Shown piece after piece: positions 40,811 to 54,047 of a stretch of DNA of 64,000 nucleotides (positions are counted from its first letter, which is position 1; each line of letters begins with the position of its first letter). The notes beneath the pieces are model-generated. The model saw nothing but the letters and a program-made list of their open reading frames with translations, was not told where the DNA came from and did no database searches. The stretch is from Limnochordia bacterium (GTDB lineage: Bacteria > Bacillota > Limnochordia > DTU080). Where the stretch lies: positions 288,001-352,000 of the forward strand of contig JBMNJG010000011.1 in NCBI GenBank assembly GCA_050951545.1, written 5' to 3'. The translations under genes and the position numbers were made by a program.

Positions 40811-42151
40811 TTGAAAGTGTTAGATACGCGGACGCTTGAGCGTACTGAACTGCACCAAGCGTTGCGGCGGCCTGAGATTGATGAAGTGACACTCGAGCCT
40901 ACGGTAGCAGCTCGTCTTCAAGAGATTTTTGGACGCCCTTTGAGTGCTGCAGAAGCGGTGGCTGAGATCGTTGAGGACGTGGCCACACAGGGCGATGCCG
41001 CCGTTTTGGATTACACTCGGCGTATTGATGCAGTTCAGCTGCAACCTGAGACGCTCTTCGTAAGCGAAGAGGAGTTTGCGAGGGCTCAACGAGAGGCTGA
41101 CCCAGCCGTGGTCGACGCGATGCGCACAGCTGCGGTGCAAATCGAGGCATTTCACAAGATGCAACTGCGGCAGTCCTCGTTTATGACTGGTCCCGGGGGG
41201 GCAGTGCTCGGCCAGCGCATTCTGCCCATAGATAGTGTCGGATGCTATGTTCCGGGTGGGCGCGCTCCGCTGGTCTCATCAGCGTTGATGTCTGTCATAC
41301 CAGCACGGGTGGCTGGCGTCCGGGAGATCATTGCAGCCACACCACCAAATCGACAAGGCCAAGTGGACTGTCATGTCCTTGTTGCTTTGCAGGAGGCTGG
41401 TGCCCATCGCGTGCTACGGGTGGGAGGCGCACAAGCAGTAGCTGCATTGGCCCATGGTACTGCCACTATTCCTCGGGTTGACAAGATCGTGGGTCCAGGC
41501 AACCTCTTTGTGACACTGGCCAAGCGGCGGGTTTTTGGCCGCGTCGGAATTGACTCTCTGGCTGGGCCGAGTGAGATCATGGTAGTGGCAGATGATAGCG
41601 CTCCAGCGGAGTTCGTGGCGGCTGATCTGCTTTCTCAAGCCGAACATGACCCGGCGGCAGCTGCGATCTTGGTCACCCCCTCTGAGAAGCTACTGCAAGC
41701 AGTGCTTCAGGAACTTGAGAGCCAAGTGCCCACCTTGGCTCGCCAGGAGACGGCGCGAGAGTCACTGGCTCGGTGGGGCCGTGCAGTGCTATGCCGCGAT
41801 CTGACAGAGGCCTGCAAGTTGGTCAATGTGGTGGCGCCCGAACACGTGGAGCTGGCTGTAGCTGATCCATGGGCCTTGCTGTCTCAAGTGCGCAATGCTG
41901 GGGCGGTCTTCTTGGGGTTGGCCTCCGCAGAACCTATTGGTGACTATGTCGCCGGACCAAATCACATTCTGCCGACGAACGGTACTGCGCGTTTCGCATC
42001 GGCACTGGGTGTAGATGATTTCGTGCGGCGCAGCAACATCATCGCTTATACGGAGGCGGCACTGGCTCAGTTGGGGCCAGCGGCGGTACGTCTAGCCGAC
42101 GTCGAGGGGTTAGGGGCGCATGGTGCCGCAGTGCGTCGTCGACTTCCGTGA
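40811..42151 (+). CDS. hisD: Histidinol dehydrogenase
   Basis: YVPGGRA, GGAQAVAALA, GPGN, AGPSE, SQAEHD, APEH, GPNHILPT. TTG 40811 is the likely start. Confidence 0.96.
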   Translation: MKVLDTRTLERTELHQALRRPEIDEVTLEPTVAARLQEIFGRPLSAAEAVAEIVEDVATQGDAAVLDYTRRIDAVQLQPETLFVSEEEFARAQREADPAVVDAMRTAAVQIEAFHKMQLRQSSFMTGPGGAVLGQRILPIDSVGCYVPGGRAPLVSSALMSVIPARVAGVREIIAATPPNRQGQVDCHVLVALQEAGAHRVLRVGGAQAVAALAHGTATIPRVDKIVGPGNLFVTLAKRRVFGRVGIDSLAGPSEIMVVADDSAPAEFVAADLLSQAEHDPAAAAILVTPSEKLLQAVLQELESQVPTLARQETARESLARWGRAVLCRDLTEACKLVNVVAPEHVELAVADPWALLSQVRNAGAVFLGLASAEPIGDYVAGPNHILPTNGTARFASALGVDDFVRRSNIIAYTEAALAQLGPAAVRLADVEGLGAHGAAVRRRLP

Positions 42152-42185
42152 GCGAAGTGCGGTCAGGAAAGCGAGGGATAGCCGC

Positions 42186-42797
42186 ATGAAAGAGCGAAAA
42201 AGTCTACCCTTACGTCAAGCCTGTGTTGAACGTACGACTCGCGAGACGCGGATTAGCCTGGAGCTGACCTTAGACGGCACTGGTGAAGCAACGGTCTCCA
42301 CTGGAATCGGTTTTCTCGACCATTGTCTCGAGGCGTTGGCCAAGCACAGCTTGTGCAATCTGCAGGTGAACTGTCAAGGCGACCTGCATGTGGACGGGCA
42401 TCACAGCGTAGAAGATATAGGGATCTGTCTTGGGCAAGCCCTGGCGCAAGCCTGCGGCGACAAGAGAGGGATTAGCCGCTTTGGCTTGGCCGTAGTGCCT
42501 ATGGACGAAGCTCTGGTAGAAGTCGCTCTCGATTTCAGCGGACGGGCTGGCCTTGGCTGGCACTCCTTCAACCTACCTCAGGCAATGGTTGGCAATTTCG
42601 ACGTCAGCCTGAGTAAGGAGTTCTTCCGTGCCCTGACGGCGAATGCTGGGATGACCGCGCATTTCACATGCCGTTGCGGCGAGAACTCTCACCACATTAT
42701 TGAAGCCACCTTCAAAGCCTTTGCTCGGGCGCTAAATGAAGCGTGTCGTCGTGATCCCGAGCTTAACGAGGTCCCCTCGACCAAGGGAGTGCTCTAG
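42186..42797 (+). CDS. hisB: Imidazoleglycerol-phosphate dehydratase
   Basis: RTTRET, GFLDH, DGHHSVED, NSHHIIEA, PSTKG. Confidence 0.96.
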   Translation: MKERKSLPLRQACVERTTRETRISLELTLDGTGEATVSTGIGFLDHCLEALAKHSLCNLQVNCQGDLHVDGHHSVEDIGICLGQALAQACGDKRGISRFGLAVVPMDEALVEVALDFSGRAGLGWHSFNLPQAMVGNFDVSLSKEFFRALTANAGMTAHFTCRCGENSHHIIEATFKAFARALNEACRRDPELNEVPSTKGVL

Positions 42798-42809
42798 GAG
42801 GCAGCCAAA

Positions 42810-43532
42810 ATGATAGTGATACCAGCCATTGATCTCAAGGATGGTGAATGTGTGCGTCTCGTTCAGGGACGGGCAGAGCAGCTGAGCGTGGTAGCTGACG
42901 ATCCTGTGGAGACCGCCCTGCGTTGGCAGGAAGCAGGAGCGCGTCTTCTGCACGTGATTGATCTAGATGGAGCTTTTGAGGGCAAACCGCGTAATTTAGC
43001 TGTTGTGGCCGAGATTGTCCGTGCTTTGTCAATCCCCGTGCAGATGGGCGGAGGCATGCGCAGTTTGGACGGATTGCGCGCCGTGCTTGAGGTCGGGGTG
43101 CAGCGGGTCATTCTGGGGACAGTCGCCGTAGAGAAGCCGTCACTGGTTCGACAGGCTGTCGAGCTATTCGGTGAGCGCATTGTGGTAGGCATCGATGCTC
43201 AGGATGGCCAAGTGGCCGTGCGTGGCTGGGTTGAGGGAACGCAGCTCGATGCGGTTGAATTGGCTAAGCAGGTGCGCGATGATGGTGTCATGGAGGTCAT
43301 CTTCACAGACATTGCACGTGATGGTACGCTCCTGGGGCCGAACCTAGAGAGCCTCGCCCGTGTGGCAGCAGTACCGGGGCTATCGGTCATAGCCGCTGGC
43401 GGCGTGGCCTCCCTTGATGATCTACTGGCGATTAAGACAATTGAGGGTGTGAAGGGGGCAATTGTGGGCAAGGCTTTGTATAGTGGCCACATAGACTTAT
43501 CAGAAGCAATTGAGAAGATAGAGAGGTCATAG
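42810..43532 (+). CDS. hisA: ProFAR isomerase
   Basis: [30 protein letters not shown]. Confidence 0.96.
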   Translation: MIVIPAIDLKDGECVRLVQGRAEQLSVVADDPVETALRWQEAGARLLHVIDLDGAFEGKPRNLAVVAEIVRALSIPVQMGGGMRSLDGLRAVLEVGVQRVILGTVAVEKPSLVRQAVELFGERIVVGIDAQDGQVAVRGWVEGTQLDAVELAKQVRDDGVMEVIFTDIARDGTLLGPNLESLARVAAVPGLSVIAAGGVASLDDLLAIKTIEGVKGAIVGKALYSGHIDLSEAIEKIERS

Positions 43533-43534
43533 GC

Positions 43535-43984
43535 ATGGACGTCAGTATTGGCAATCTCAGATGGGATGCTCATGGTCTCATCCCGGCCATTGTTCAAGAC
43601 GCCGCATCAGGCCAAGTCTTGATGCTTGCCTATATGAATCGCGAGGCTTTGCAGCGCAGCCTGCAAAGCAAGGAGACCTGGTTTTTCAGTCGCAGCAGAG
43701 GCCGTCTGTGGCACAAGGGTGAGCAATCGGGCCATGTGCAGGAGATCGAGCGCATACACACTGATTGTGACCAGGATACACTTCTCGTACGGGTACGGCA
43801 AAAAGGTGCTGGTGCGTGTCACGAGGGGTTTGCCTCATGCTTTCACTATGCAGTGGAGCTCGTGGAGCAGGCGGTACAGATACGGCTAGACGAAACATCT
43901 CCACCCTCTTTCGACCCGGACATCGTATATGCTGAGCAGCCCGCGCAAGACGAGCCGTCATCCACAGGAAGAGTAGGGCGCTAG
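43535..43984 (+). CDS. hisI: Phosphoribosyl-AMP cyclohydrolase
   Basis: [31 protein letters not shown]; no HisE domain. Confidence 0.95.
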   Translation: MDVSIGNLRWDAHGLIPAIVQDAASGQVLMLAYMNREALQRSLQSKETWFFSRSRGRLWHKGEQSGHVQEIERIHTDCDQDTLLVRVRQKGAGACHEGFASCFHYAVELVEQAVQIRLDETSPPSFDPDIVYAEQPAQDEPSSTGRVGR

Positions 43985-43989
43985 TAGTC

Positions 43990-45111
43990 ATGTGTCATCG
44001 TCGCTGGGCACTAATGGTGGTTTCATTGGTCTTTCTTCTTTGCGCACAGGTGGGCCACAGTGCTTCGTTGACCCGCGTAGCACCTCCGCCGCTCCCGAAG
44101 CCCAACCCTTCTTCGAGCCCTTCGCAGGGGGCTAGTGCAGAGAACTCTGGAGTGGCCATGGCAGCACCTGCGTCAGGTCGCTCCTCGGCAGGCCCTCCTC
44201 CTTCACCGCAGCTGTCAGCTGCGGCGGCCGTGCTGATGGAGGCGGAAACTGGCTCTGTTCTCTATGCCCTCAACCCGCATGTGCGCCGCGCACCTGCGAG
44301 TCTGACCAAGATTGTCACCGGATTGGTTGCCATAGACAAGGGTGATCTGAACTCCACGGTGGCAGTCACTGCCCATGCAGCAAGCAAACCGCCGACGAAG
44401 CTGGGCTTGCGCGCAGGTGATCGCATCCGTCTGTCGGACCTGCTTGCGGCGGCCCTGATGGGCAGCAGCAATGACGCAGCCACGGCTATCGCGGAGCACG
44501 TGGGTGGATCGGAAGCTGCATTCGCTCGGACTATGACCACCATGGCCCGCAAGCTAGGAGCTCGCAACAGCAGTTTTGCTAACGCCCATGGTCTAGATTC
44601 GTCCAAGCACTATAGCACTGCCTACGATATGGCGGTTCTCTCGGGCTGGGCACTGCGAGTGCCCGAGATCGCTCGTCTGGCTTCGCTGCAGAGAGTAAAT
44701 CTCTCGTGGCAGGGAGGGCAGCGGGAGCTATCTAACATCAACTCGTTCCTATGGCGCTACAGCGGGGCCGTGGGGCTCAAGACAGGATACACGAGTTCAG
44801 CTGGGTACTGTGTGTCTGTAGCTGCTCAGCAAGGCAAGCACAGGCTGATCGGTGTCGTTATGGGTTGTCCCAGCAGCGAAGCGCGCTGGAACGACGCTGT
44901 CGTGCTGATGGACTACGGTTTCGATCATTTCAATGAACTGATGACTGCTGCGAGAAAGTCCGAGACCTTCTATGTTGTGCAAAGGGGCGAAACGCTCTCG
45001 GGGATCGCGGCACGTTTTGGCACCACCGTGGATGTTCTTCTCAAACTCAACTCCAGCTTAAGGGGGAATGCCAATCTCATCAAGGTCGGGCAACAGCTGA
45101 TAGTGCCATGA
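43990..45111 (+). CDS. D-Ala-D-Ala carboxypeptidase (S11) with C-terminal LysM
   Basis: ASLTK, SSNDA, KTG; YVVQRGETLSGIA LysM. Confidence 0.92.
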   Translation: MCHRRWALMVVSLVFLLCAQVGHSASLTRVAPPPLPKPNPSSSPSQGASAENSGVAMAAPASGRSSAGPPPSPQLSAAAAVLMEAETGSVLYALNPHVRRAPASLTKIVTGLVAIDKGDLNSTVAVTAHAASKPPTKLGLRAGDRIRLSDLLAAALMGSSNDAATAIAEHVGGSEAAFARTMTTMARKLGARNSSFANAHGLDSSKHYSTAYDMAVLSGWALRVPEIARLASLQRVNLSWQGGQRELSNINSFLWRYSGAVGLKTGYTSSAGYCVSVAAQQGKHRLIGVVMGCPSSEARWNDAVVLMDYGFDHFNELMTAARKSETFYVVQRGETLSGIAARFGTTVDVLLKLNSSLRGNANLIKVGQQLIVP

Positions 45112-45240
45112 GGCCTGAACGCCAGGCGACCGACACATGGAGTCAGGGAAGCCCTCTTGCGTGAGCGCAGGTGGTTAAGAAGGAGAAGGCGGAGTCGCAG
45201 AGAAGAATCAAGCCAGTGAATTGACAGAAGGGAAGTTGAG

Positions 45241-46605
45241 ATGGACGAGGCCAGCAGTACGTGGCAGCTAATGGCTGCTGCAGGGTTTGTCGTTGTGAAC
45301 GCGTTCTTCGTTGCTTCGGAGTACGCCATGGTGAAAGTGCAACCCGCGAGGTTGCGTGAGCTTGCTAGCTCGGGCAACCGCCGGGCCGCAGTTGCGTTGC
45401 ATATCACGGAGCGTCTTGGAACCACCATACCCACTACTCAGCTCGGCATCACAGTATCTTCCATTGCCTTAGGCTGGATCGGTGTGCCAGCACTGGCTCG
45501 AATTCTCGCTGCTCCATTCTCCTTTCTAGGCGGAGGCTTGTTCCTGGTACGCATTCTGTCAGGCATCATAGGTTTTCTGACGGTAAGCTTCTTGCACACC
45601 GTGCTCGGTGAGCTAGCTCCGAAGGCGATCTCCGTTCAGAGGGCAGAGGCGGTGGCGCTTTGGTGTGCTATCCCCCTCAACGCCTTCTGTCAGGTCAGTG
45701 CTCCTTTCAGCTGGCTGTTAAACCGATCGGCTGAGTGCTTGCTTGGGACTCTGGGTTTGCGTCCGCCCAGTGAGTTGGCCACTGTGGCCCACTCCGAAGA
45801 GGAAATCCGGATGATTGTCTCCTCAAGCCAAGAACAGGGAATCCTAGAAGAGCACGAGGTGGAACTGGTCGAGAACATCCTCGACTACACGGATCGTGTG
45901 GCGCGTGAGATCATGACGCCGCGCAACGATGTCCGCGTGCTATTCACCGACCAAAGCCTGGATGAGGCGATAGACATTATCCTGAGAGAGGGCTATGCTC
46001 GCTATCCGTTGTGTCGTGACGAGCGCGACCACGTGATAGGGGTAATCCATATGCGCGACATGTTCGCTGCGCACCTAGCCAAGCAAGAGAAGGAACTGGA
46101 GGAGATCGCCCGCGAGCCCCTGATCATTCCGGAGACGCTCCCCCTCAATCAGGTGCAGCAACGATTTCAGTTGTCCGGAACCCAGATGGCCGTGGTCTTG
46201 GATGAGTACGGGGCTTTTTCAGGGATAGTCACTTTCGAGGATCTTGTCGAAGAGGTCTTTGGGGAGTTCCGTGATGAGTTCGATCATGTCGAGCCCGAGA
46301 CGGTTTTGGCCATGGAGGATGGCCTCGAGCTAGACGCTGGCATGTTGGTGGAAGAGGCCTTTGAGGTGCTTGGGGTGGAAGGTCATGTTGAGTTTGAGGG
46401 CGTGGATACCGTCGGCGGGCTTGTCTTTAGCTTGCTGGGTGAGCGCCCTGAGGTAGGTGATGTGGTTACGGTTGACGGTCACCAGCTGAAGGTGGCGGCG
46501 GTCGAGGGATTACGCATCACGCGAGTAAAGGCCACGCCAACTCTCGAGGCTGGCAAGCTACCTGAAGCAGGGACTCACCCAGCGCGAGGCGTAGTAGCCT
46601 CCTAG
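45241..46605 (+). CDS. CNNM/CBS/CorC 'hemolysin' family transporter-associated protein
   Basis: NAFFVASEYA, QLGIT, GELAPK, SEEEI, CBS pair, CorC domain. Confidence 0.93.
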   Translation: MDEASSTWQLMAAAGFVVVNAFFVASEYAMVKVQPARLRELASSGNRRAAVALHITERLGTTIPTTQLGITVSSIALGWIGVPALARILAAPFSFLGGGLFLVRILSGIIGFLTVSFLHTVLGELAPKAISVQRAEAVALWCAIPLNAFCQVSAPFSWLLNRSAECLLGTLGLRPPSELATVAHSEEEIRMIVSSSQEQGILEEHEVELVENILDYTDRVAREIMTPRNDVRVLFTDQSLDEAIDIILREGYARYPLCRDERDHVIGVIHMRDMFAAHLAKQEKELEEIAREPLIIPETLPLNQVQQRFQLSGTQMAVVLDEYGAFSGIVTFEDLVEEVFGEFRDEFDHVEPETVLAMEDGLELDAGMLVEEAFEVLGVEGHVEFEGVDTVGGLVFSLLGERPEVGDVVTVDGHQLKVAAVEGLRITRVKATPTLEAGKLPEAGTHPARGVVAS

Positions 46606-46619
46606 AGGGAGTGTAGCCT

Positions 46620-48844
46620 GTGCAGTGGCTTCAGGATTTGAATGAAGCGCAGAAGCGGGCCGTCACATATGGTGACGGCCCTTTACTGGTAATCGCCGGA
46701 GCTGGAACCGGGAAAACGAGGGTGCTCACCTACCGCATTGCCTATCTGCTGCGTGAGAAGGGAGTCGCCCCTTCGCACATCTTGGCTGTGACCTTCACAA
46801 ATAAGGCTGCCGCTGAGATGAAGGAGCGACTGCTGCAATTGGTAGGGCCTGTTGCTCATCAGGTGTGGGCGGGTACTTTCCACTCTGCTTGCGTGCAGAT
46901 TTTGCGTCGTCATGCGGAGATGATTGGTTACTCGAATCGGTTTAGCATATCCGACACCTCTGACCAAATAGCAGCTGTACGCCAGACGCTGAAAGAGCTG
47001 GATATGGATGCCAAGAAGTTCGACCCTCGCGCGGTGCTTAGCGCGATCAGTGCTGCTAAGAATGAGCTACTCGATGCGGAGGATTATGCCGATCGAGCGC
47101 ATGACTTTTGGGAACAGAACGTCGCTCGCGTCTATCCAGTGTACCAGCAGAAGCTGGAAAGCAGCGACAGCATGGATTTTGACGATCTGATCATGCACAC
47201 GGTGAGTTTGTTTGAGTGTCAGCCAGACGTACTTGAGCTCTATAGGGAGCGGCTGCACTACATTCTCGTGGATGAGTACCAAGACACCAACCATGCTCAG
47301 TATCGTCTGGTGAGACTCTTGGCTGGTGAGAACGGCAATCTGTGCGTGGTGGGCGATGCGGATCAGTCAATTTACCGTTTTCGCGGGGCCGATATTCGCA
47401 ACATCCTCTCTTTCTCGACCGATTACCCCACAGCCAAGATGGTGAAGCTCGAGAAGAACTACCGTTCCACTCGGAATATTCTTGATGCCGCTAACCATCT
47501 GATCAGCAACAACCTGGATAGGCCAGAGAAGAACCTCTATACCGATAATCCGGAGGGCGACCCCGTCTTCGTGCATCAGGTTGGGGACGGGCGCGATGAG
47601 GCGGCCTTTGTTGCTGATGAGATTGCTCGATGGCAGCGCAGTGGTCGGAGCCTAAACACGGTAGCGATCTTGTACCGCACACATGCGCAATCCCGTGGTT
47701 TCGAAGAGGAATTCGTGAAGAGGAACATGCCCTACCATATCGTTTCGGGTGTCCGCTTTTACGAACGTAGGGAGATCAAGGATATCCTGGCCTATCTGAG
47801 GGTGATGGCTAATCCTGGCGACAATCTCAGCCTTCGGCGGATTCTCAACGTTCCGAAGCGAGGCCTAGGTGACATCACGCAGGCGCGCCTGGATGATTTC
47901 GCGGCGAGGGAGGGGGTATCGCTCTATGAGGCCCTTGGACGGGCACAAGAGATAGAGCGAATCGGTGCGGCCACGCTGAACAAGGTGCTTGATTTGCGTC
48001 GGCTACTGGACAGACTCCTTCTTCTTCGCGAGGAGCAAAGCCTCACCGAACTGACGACGTCTATTCTGTGGGAGAGCGGCTACATACAGCAGCTACAGGC
48101 TGAGCGTACCCTCGAGTCTCAGGGTCGGCTAGAGAACCTGCAGGAGTTTCTGTCAGTGACGAAGCAGGCTGAGGAAGAGCAGTCCTCGTTGCACGAGGAT
48201 GCCTCAGAGCATGACATCCTCCTTGGTTTCTTGGAGAAAGTGGCCCTTATCTCCGATGTGGACGCTTACGAGGCGGCGAGTGACGCGGTCACCATGATGA
48301 CGTTGCACGCGGCAAAGGGTCTGGAGTTTCCAGTTGTCTTTATGGTAGGCATGGAGGAGGGTGTTTTTCCTCATAGCCGTGCGCTGACGGAATCGGGGGA
48401 GATGGAAGAGGAGCGCCGTCTGGCGTATGTCGGCATGACACGAGCGCAGGAACGTCTCTATCTCACCCATGCCAATGAACGTATGCTATATGGTCAGACC
48501 AAGCCCATGCTAGTGTCCCCTTTCGTAAAGGAGATTCCTGTCGAGCTAATTCGCGATCTCAGCAAGCGCCCAGACCGAGAGTTGGCTGCCGCGCACGAGC
48601 GGTTGCGTCGTGCGGGATTGGCGCAACCTGTGCCAGCTCGGTCTAGGCGGGAGAAGCGGGCAAGTGTCTCTCCAGGTGTCTCCCCGTCGCTGTTTGCTCT
48701 GGGTGAGCATGTGCTGCACAAGCATTTCGGTCAAGGCACCGTGGTTCAGGTCGAAGCGAGCAGCAATGATGTGGTCGTCACAGTGGCTTTTGAAGGTGCA
48801 GGCGTGAAGAAGCTCATGGCCAGTATGGCGCAGCTGCAGAAGGT

Positions 48845-48848
<4 letters not shown>
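46620..48848 (+). CDS. pcrA: ATP-dependent DNA helicase PcrA/UvrD
   Basis: AGAGTGKT, VDEYQDTN, GDADQSIYRFRGA, HAAKGLEF, EERRLAYV, C-terminal Tudor-like domain. Confidence 0.97.
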
Positions 48849-52210
<3,362 letters not shown>

Positions 52211-52263
52211 GCCCGCACCGTGTAGACCGACGAACAACAGGGTTCTTGTGGAGGGCTACCAAA

Positions 52264-52557
52264 ATGCAGGCGATTACATCCAAGGACATAGAGCATGTCG
52301 CACGGCTGGCGCGCCTTGGTCTGACGAAGGCTGAGGCCGAGGAGTATGCGGCGAAGTTGGCGAGTGTTCTGGTGTTTAGGGACAAGCTGGCCACATGCGA
52401 AACGCAGGACGTGGCGCCAACGTTTTATGCAGTGTCTGGCGAGAATGAGATGAGGGCAGACCAATGCCAGTCGTCTATGCCCCAAGAGCTGGTCTTGAAG
52501 CACGCGCCTGACCGATATGAGGACTTCTTCCGCGTGCCGCGCATGTTGGAGGATTAG
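52264..52557 (+). CDS. gatC: Asp/Glu-tRNA amidotransferase subunit C
   Basis: IEHVARLARL, HAPD...FFRVPR; operon position. Confidence 0.92.
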   Translation: MQAITSKDIEHVARLARLGLTKAEAEEYAAKLASVLVFRDKLATCETQDVAPTFYAVSGENEMRADQCQSSMPQELVLKHAPDRYEDFFRVPRMLED

Positions 52558-52559
52558 AG

Positions 52560-54047
52560 ATGGGGGAATGCGGTGTGGAACTCTGTGATAGGCCCGCCCA
52601 TGTGTTGCAGGCGTTGCTAGCGCGGCGAGAGGTAAGCGCGGCTGAGGTAACGCAGTCGGTCTTTTCGCGTATGGCATCCGATGAGGAGGCGCTACACTGT
52701 TACCTCGCGGTTGATCAGGATCGGGCACTAGCCTCTGCGAGAGAGATCGATCGACGGCGGCTGGCTGGCGAAGAGCTCTCCATGCTGGCGGGTATTCCGG
52801 TGGCCATCGCCGACAACATATGCACAAGGGAGCTGGCAACAACATGTGCTTCACGCATGTTGAAGGGATTTGTGCCACCGTATGATGCGACAGTCGTACA
52901 CCGTTTGCGGCAGGCCGGGTTGCCAGTTTTGGGCAAGACCAACATGGATGAGTTTGGTTGGGGCTGCTCTACAGAGGGATCGACTTGGGGACCCACGCGA
53001 CATCCGTGGGACAAGTCGTGTCTCCCTGGTGGAGCACACGGCGGCGCAGCGGCCGCCGTGGCGAGTGGTGAGGCGGTGCTCGCTCTGGCGAGTGATACAG
53101 GCGGATCGTTACGCCAGCCAGCTGCACTATGCGGGGTGGTAGGGCTTAGGCCCACCTATGGGCGTGTTTCGCGCTATGGGTTAGTGGCCACCGCTTCCTC
53201 TCTTGACCAGGTAGGGCCCATCACTCGTGATGTGCGAGACTGTGCTTTGATGCTGAACGTGTTGGCTGGGGCAGACCCCTTGGATCCCACGTCGCAAGGC
53301 GAGGATGTACCCGATTTTGCGCGTGCTCTGGAGGCTGGCGTTCGGGGGTTGGTGGTCGGGTTGCCACGGGAGTACTTCGGTGAGGGTGTCGATTCGCAAG
53401 TCGCGGCGCTGGTTCTTCAGGCAGCGAGGCAGCTTGAGAACTGTGGTGCTCGTCTAGAAGAGGTCACGCTGCCAGCGCCCGAGGAAGCCCTAGCCGCCTA
53501 CGGAGTGATTCTTGCCGCCGAGTTCAGCTCAAGTCTGGCGCGCTTTGATGGGGTTCGCTATGGACACCGTAGCCCAAAGGCGCCCGACAGCTTCAGTATG
53601 TTTAGTAACACCCGCGCAGAGGCCTTTGGGCCGGGGGTAAAGCAGGCTATCCTTATGGGTACCTATGTCTTGTCAGCTGGGCAGTATGAGAGCTACTACC
53701 TCAAGGCGGCCCAGGTTCGCACACTGATCATGAGGGCATTCACCGCAGCTTTCAATCATTGCGACTTGCTTCTCACGCCGACTTCACCGACAGTTGCCTG
53801 TAGGGAAAACAGAGCGACGGATGATCTGTACCACATGCATCGACCACACTCTTGCACGCTGGCAGCCACCCTGGCCGGATTGCCAGCAATCAGCCTTCCG
53901 TGCGGTGTAGTAGAGGGCTTGCCAGTGGGGCTTCAGTTGGTCGGTCCACGTCTGCACGAAGAGCGCCTGTTCGCTGCTGCCTACGCCTTTGAGCAGACGG
54001 CCGGAATAGCGCCTCTGTACCCGGAAGGGAGGTCTTCTCGTGGATGA
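52560..54047 (+). CDS. gatA: GatA amidase-fold subunit with catalytic residues substituted (probably inactive glutaminase)
   Basis: GKTNMDEF, SDTGGSLRQPA, ARFDGVRYG present; but IKDN is IADN and GGSSGGS is GGAHGGA. Confidence 0.92.
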   Translation: MGECGVELCDRPAHVLQALLARREVSAAEVTQSVFSRMASDEEALHCYLAVDQDRALASAREIDRRRLAGEELSMLAGIPVAIADNICTRELATTCASRMLKGFVPPYDATVVHRLRQAGLPVLGKTNMDEFGWGCSTEGSTWGPTRHPWDKSCLPGGAHGGAAAAVASGEAVLALASDTGGSLRQPAALCGVVGLRPTYGRVSRYGLVATASSLDQVGPITRDVRDCALMLNVLAGADPLDPTSQGEDVPDFARALEAGVRGLVVGLPREYFGEGVDSQVAALVLQAARQLENCGARLEEVTLPAPEEALAAYGVILAAEFSSSLARFDGVRYGHRSPKAPDSFSMFSNTRAEAFGPGVKQAILMGTYVLSAGQYESYYLKAAQVRTLIMRAFTAAFNHCDLLLTPTSPTVACRENRATDDLYHMHRPHSCTLAATLAGLPAISLPCGVVEGLPVGLQLVGPRLHEERLFAAAYAFEQTAGIAPLYPEGRSSRG

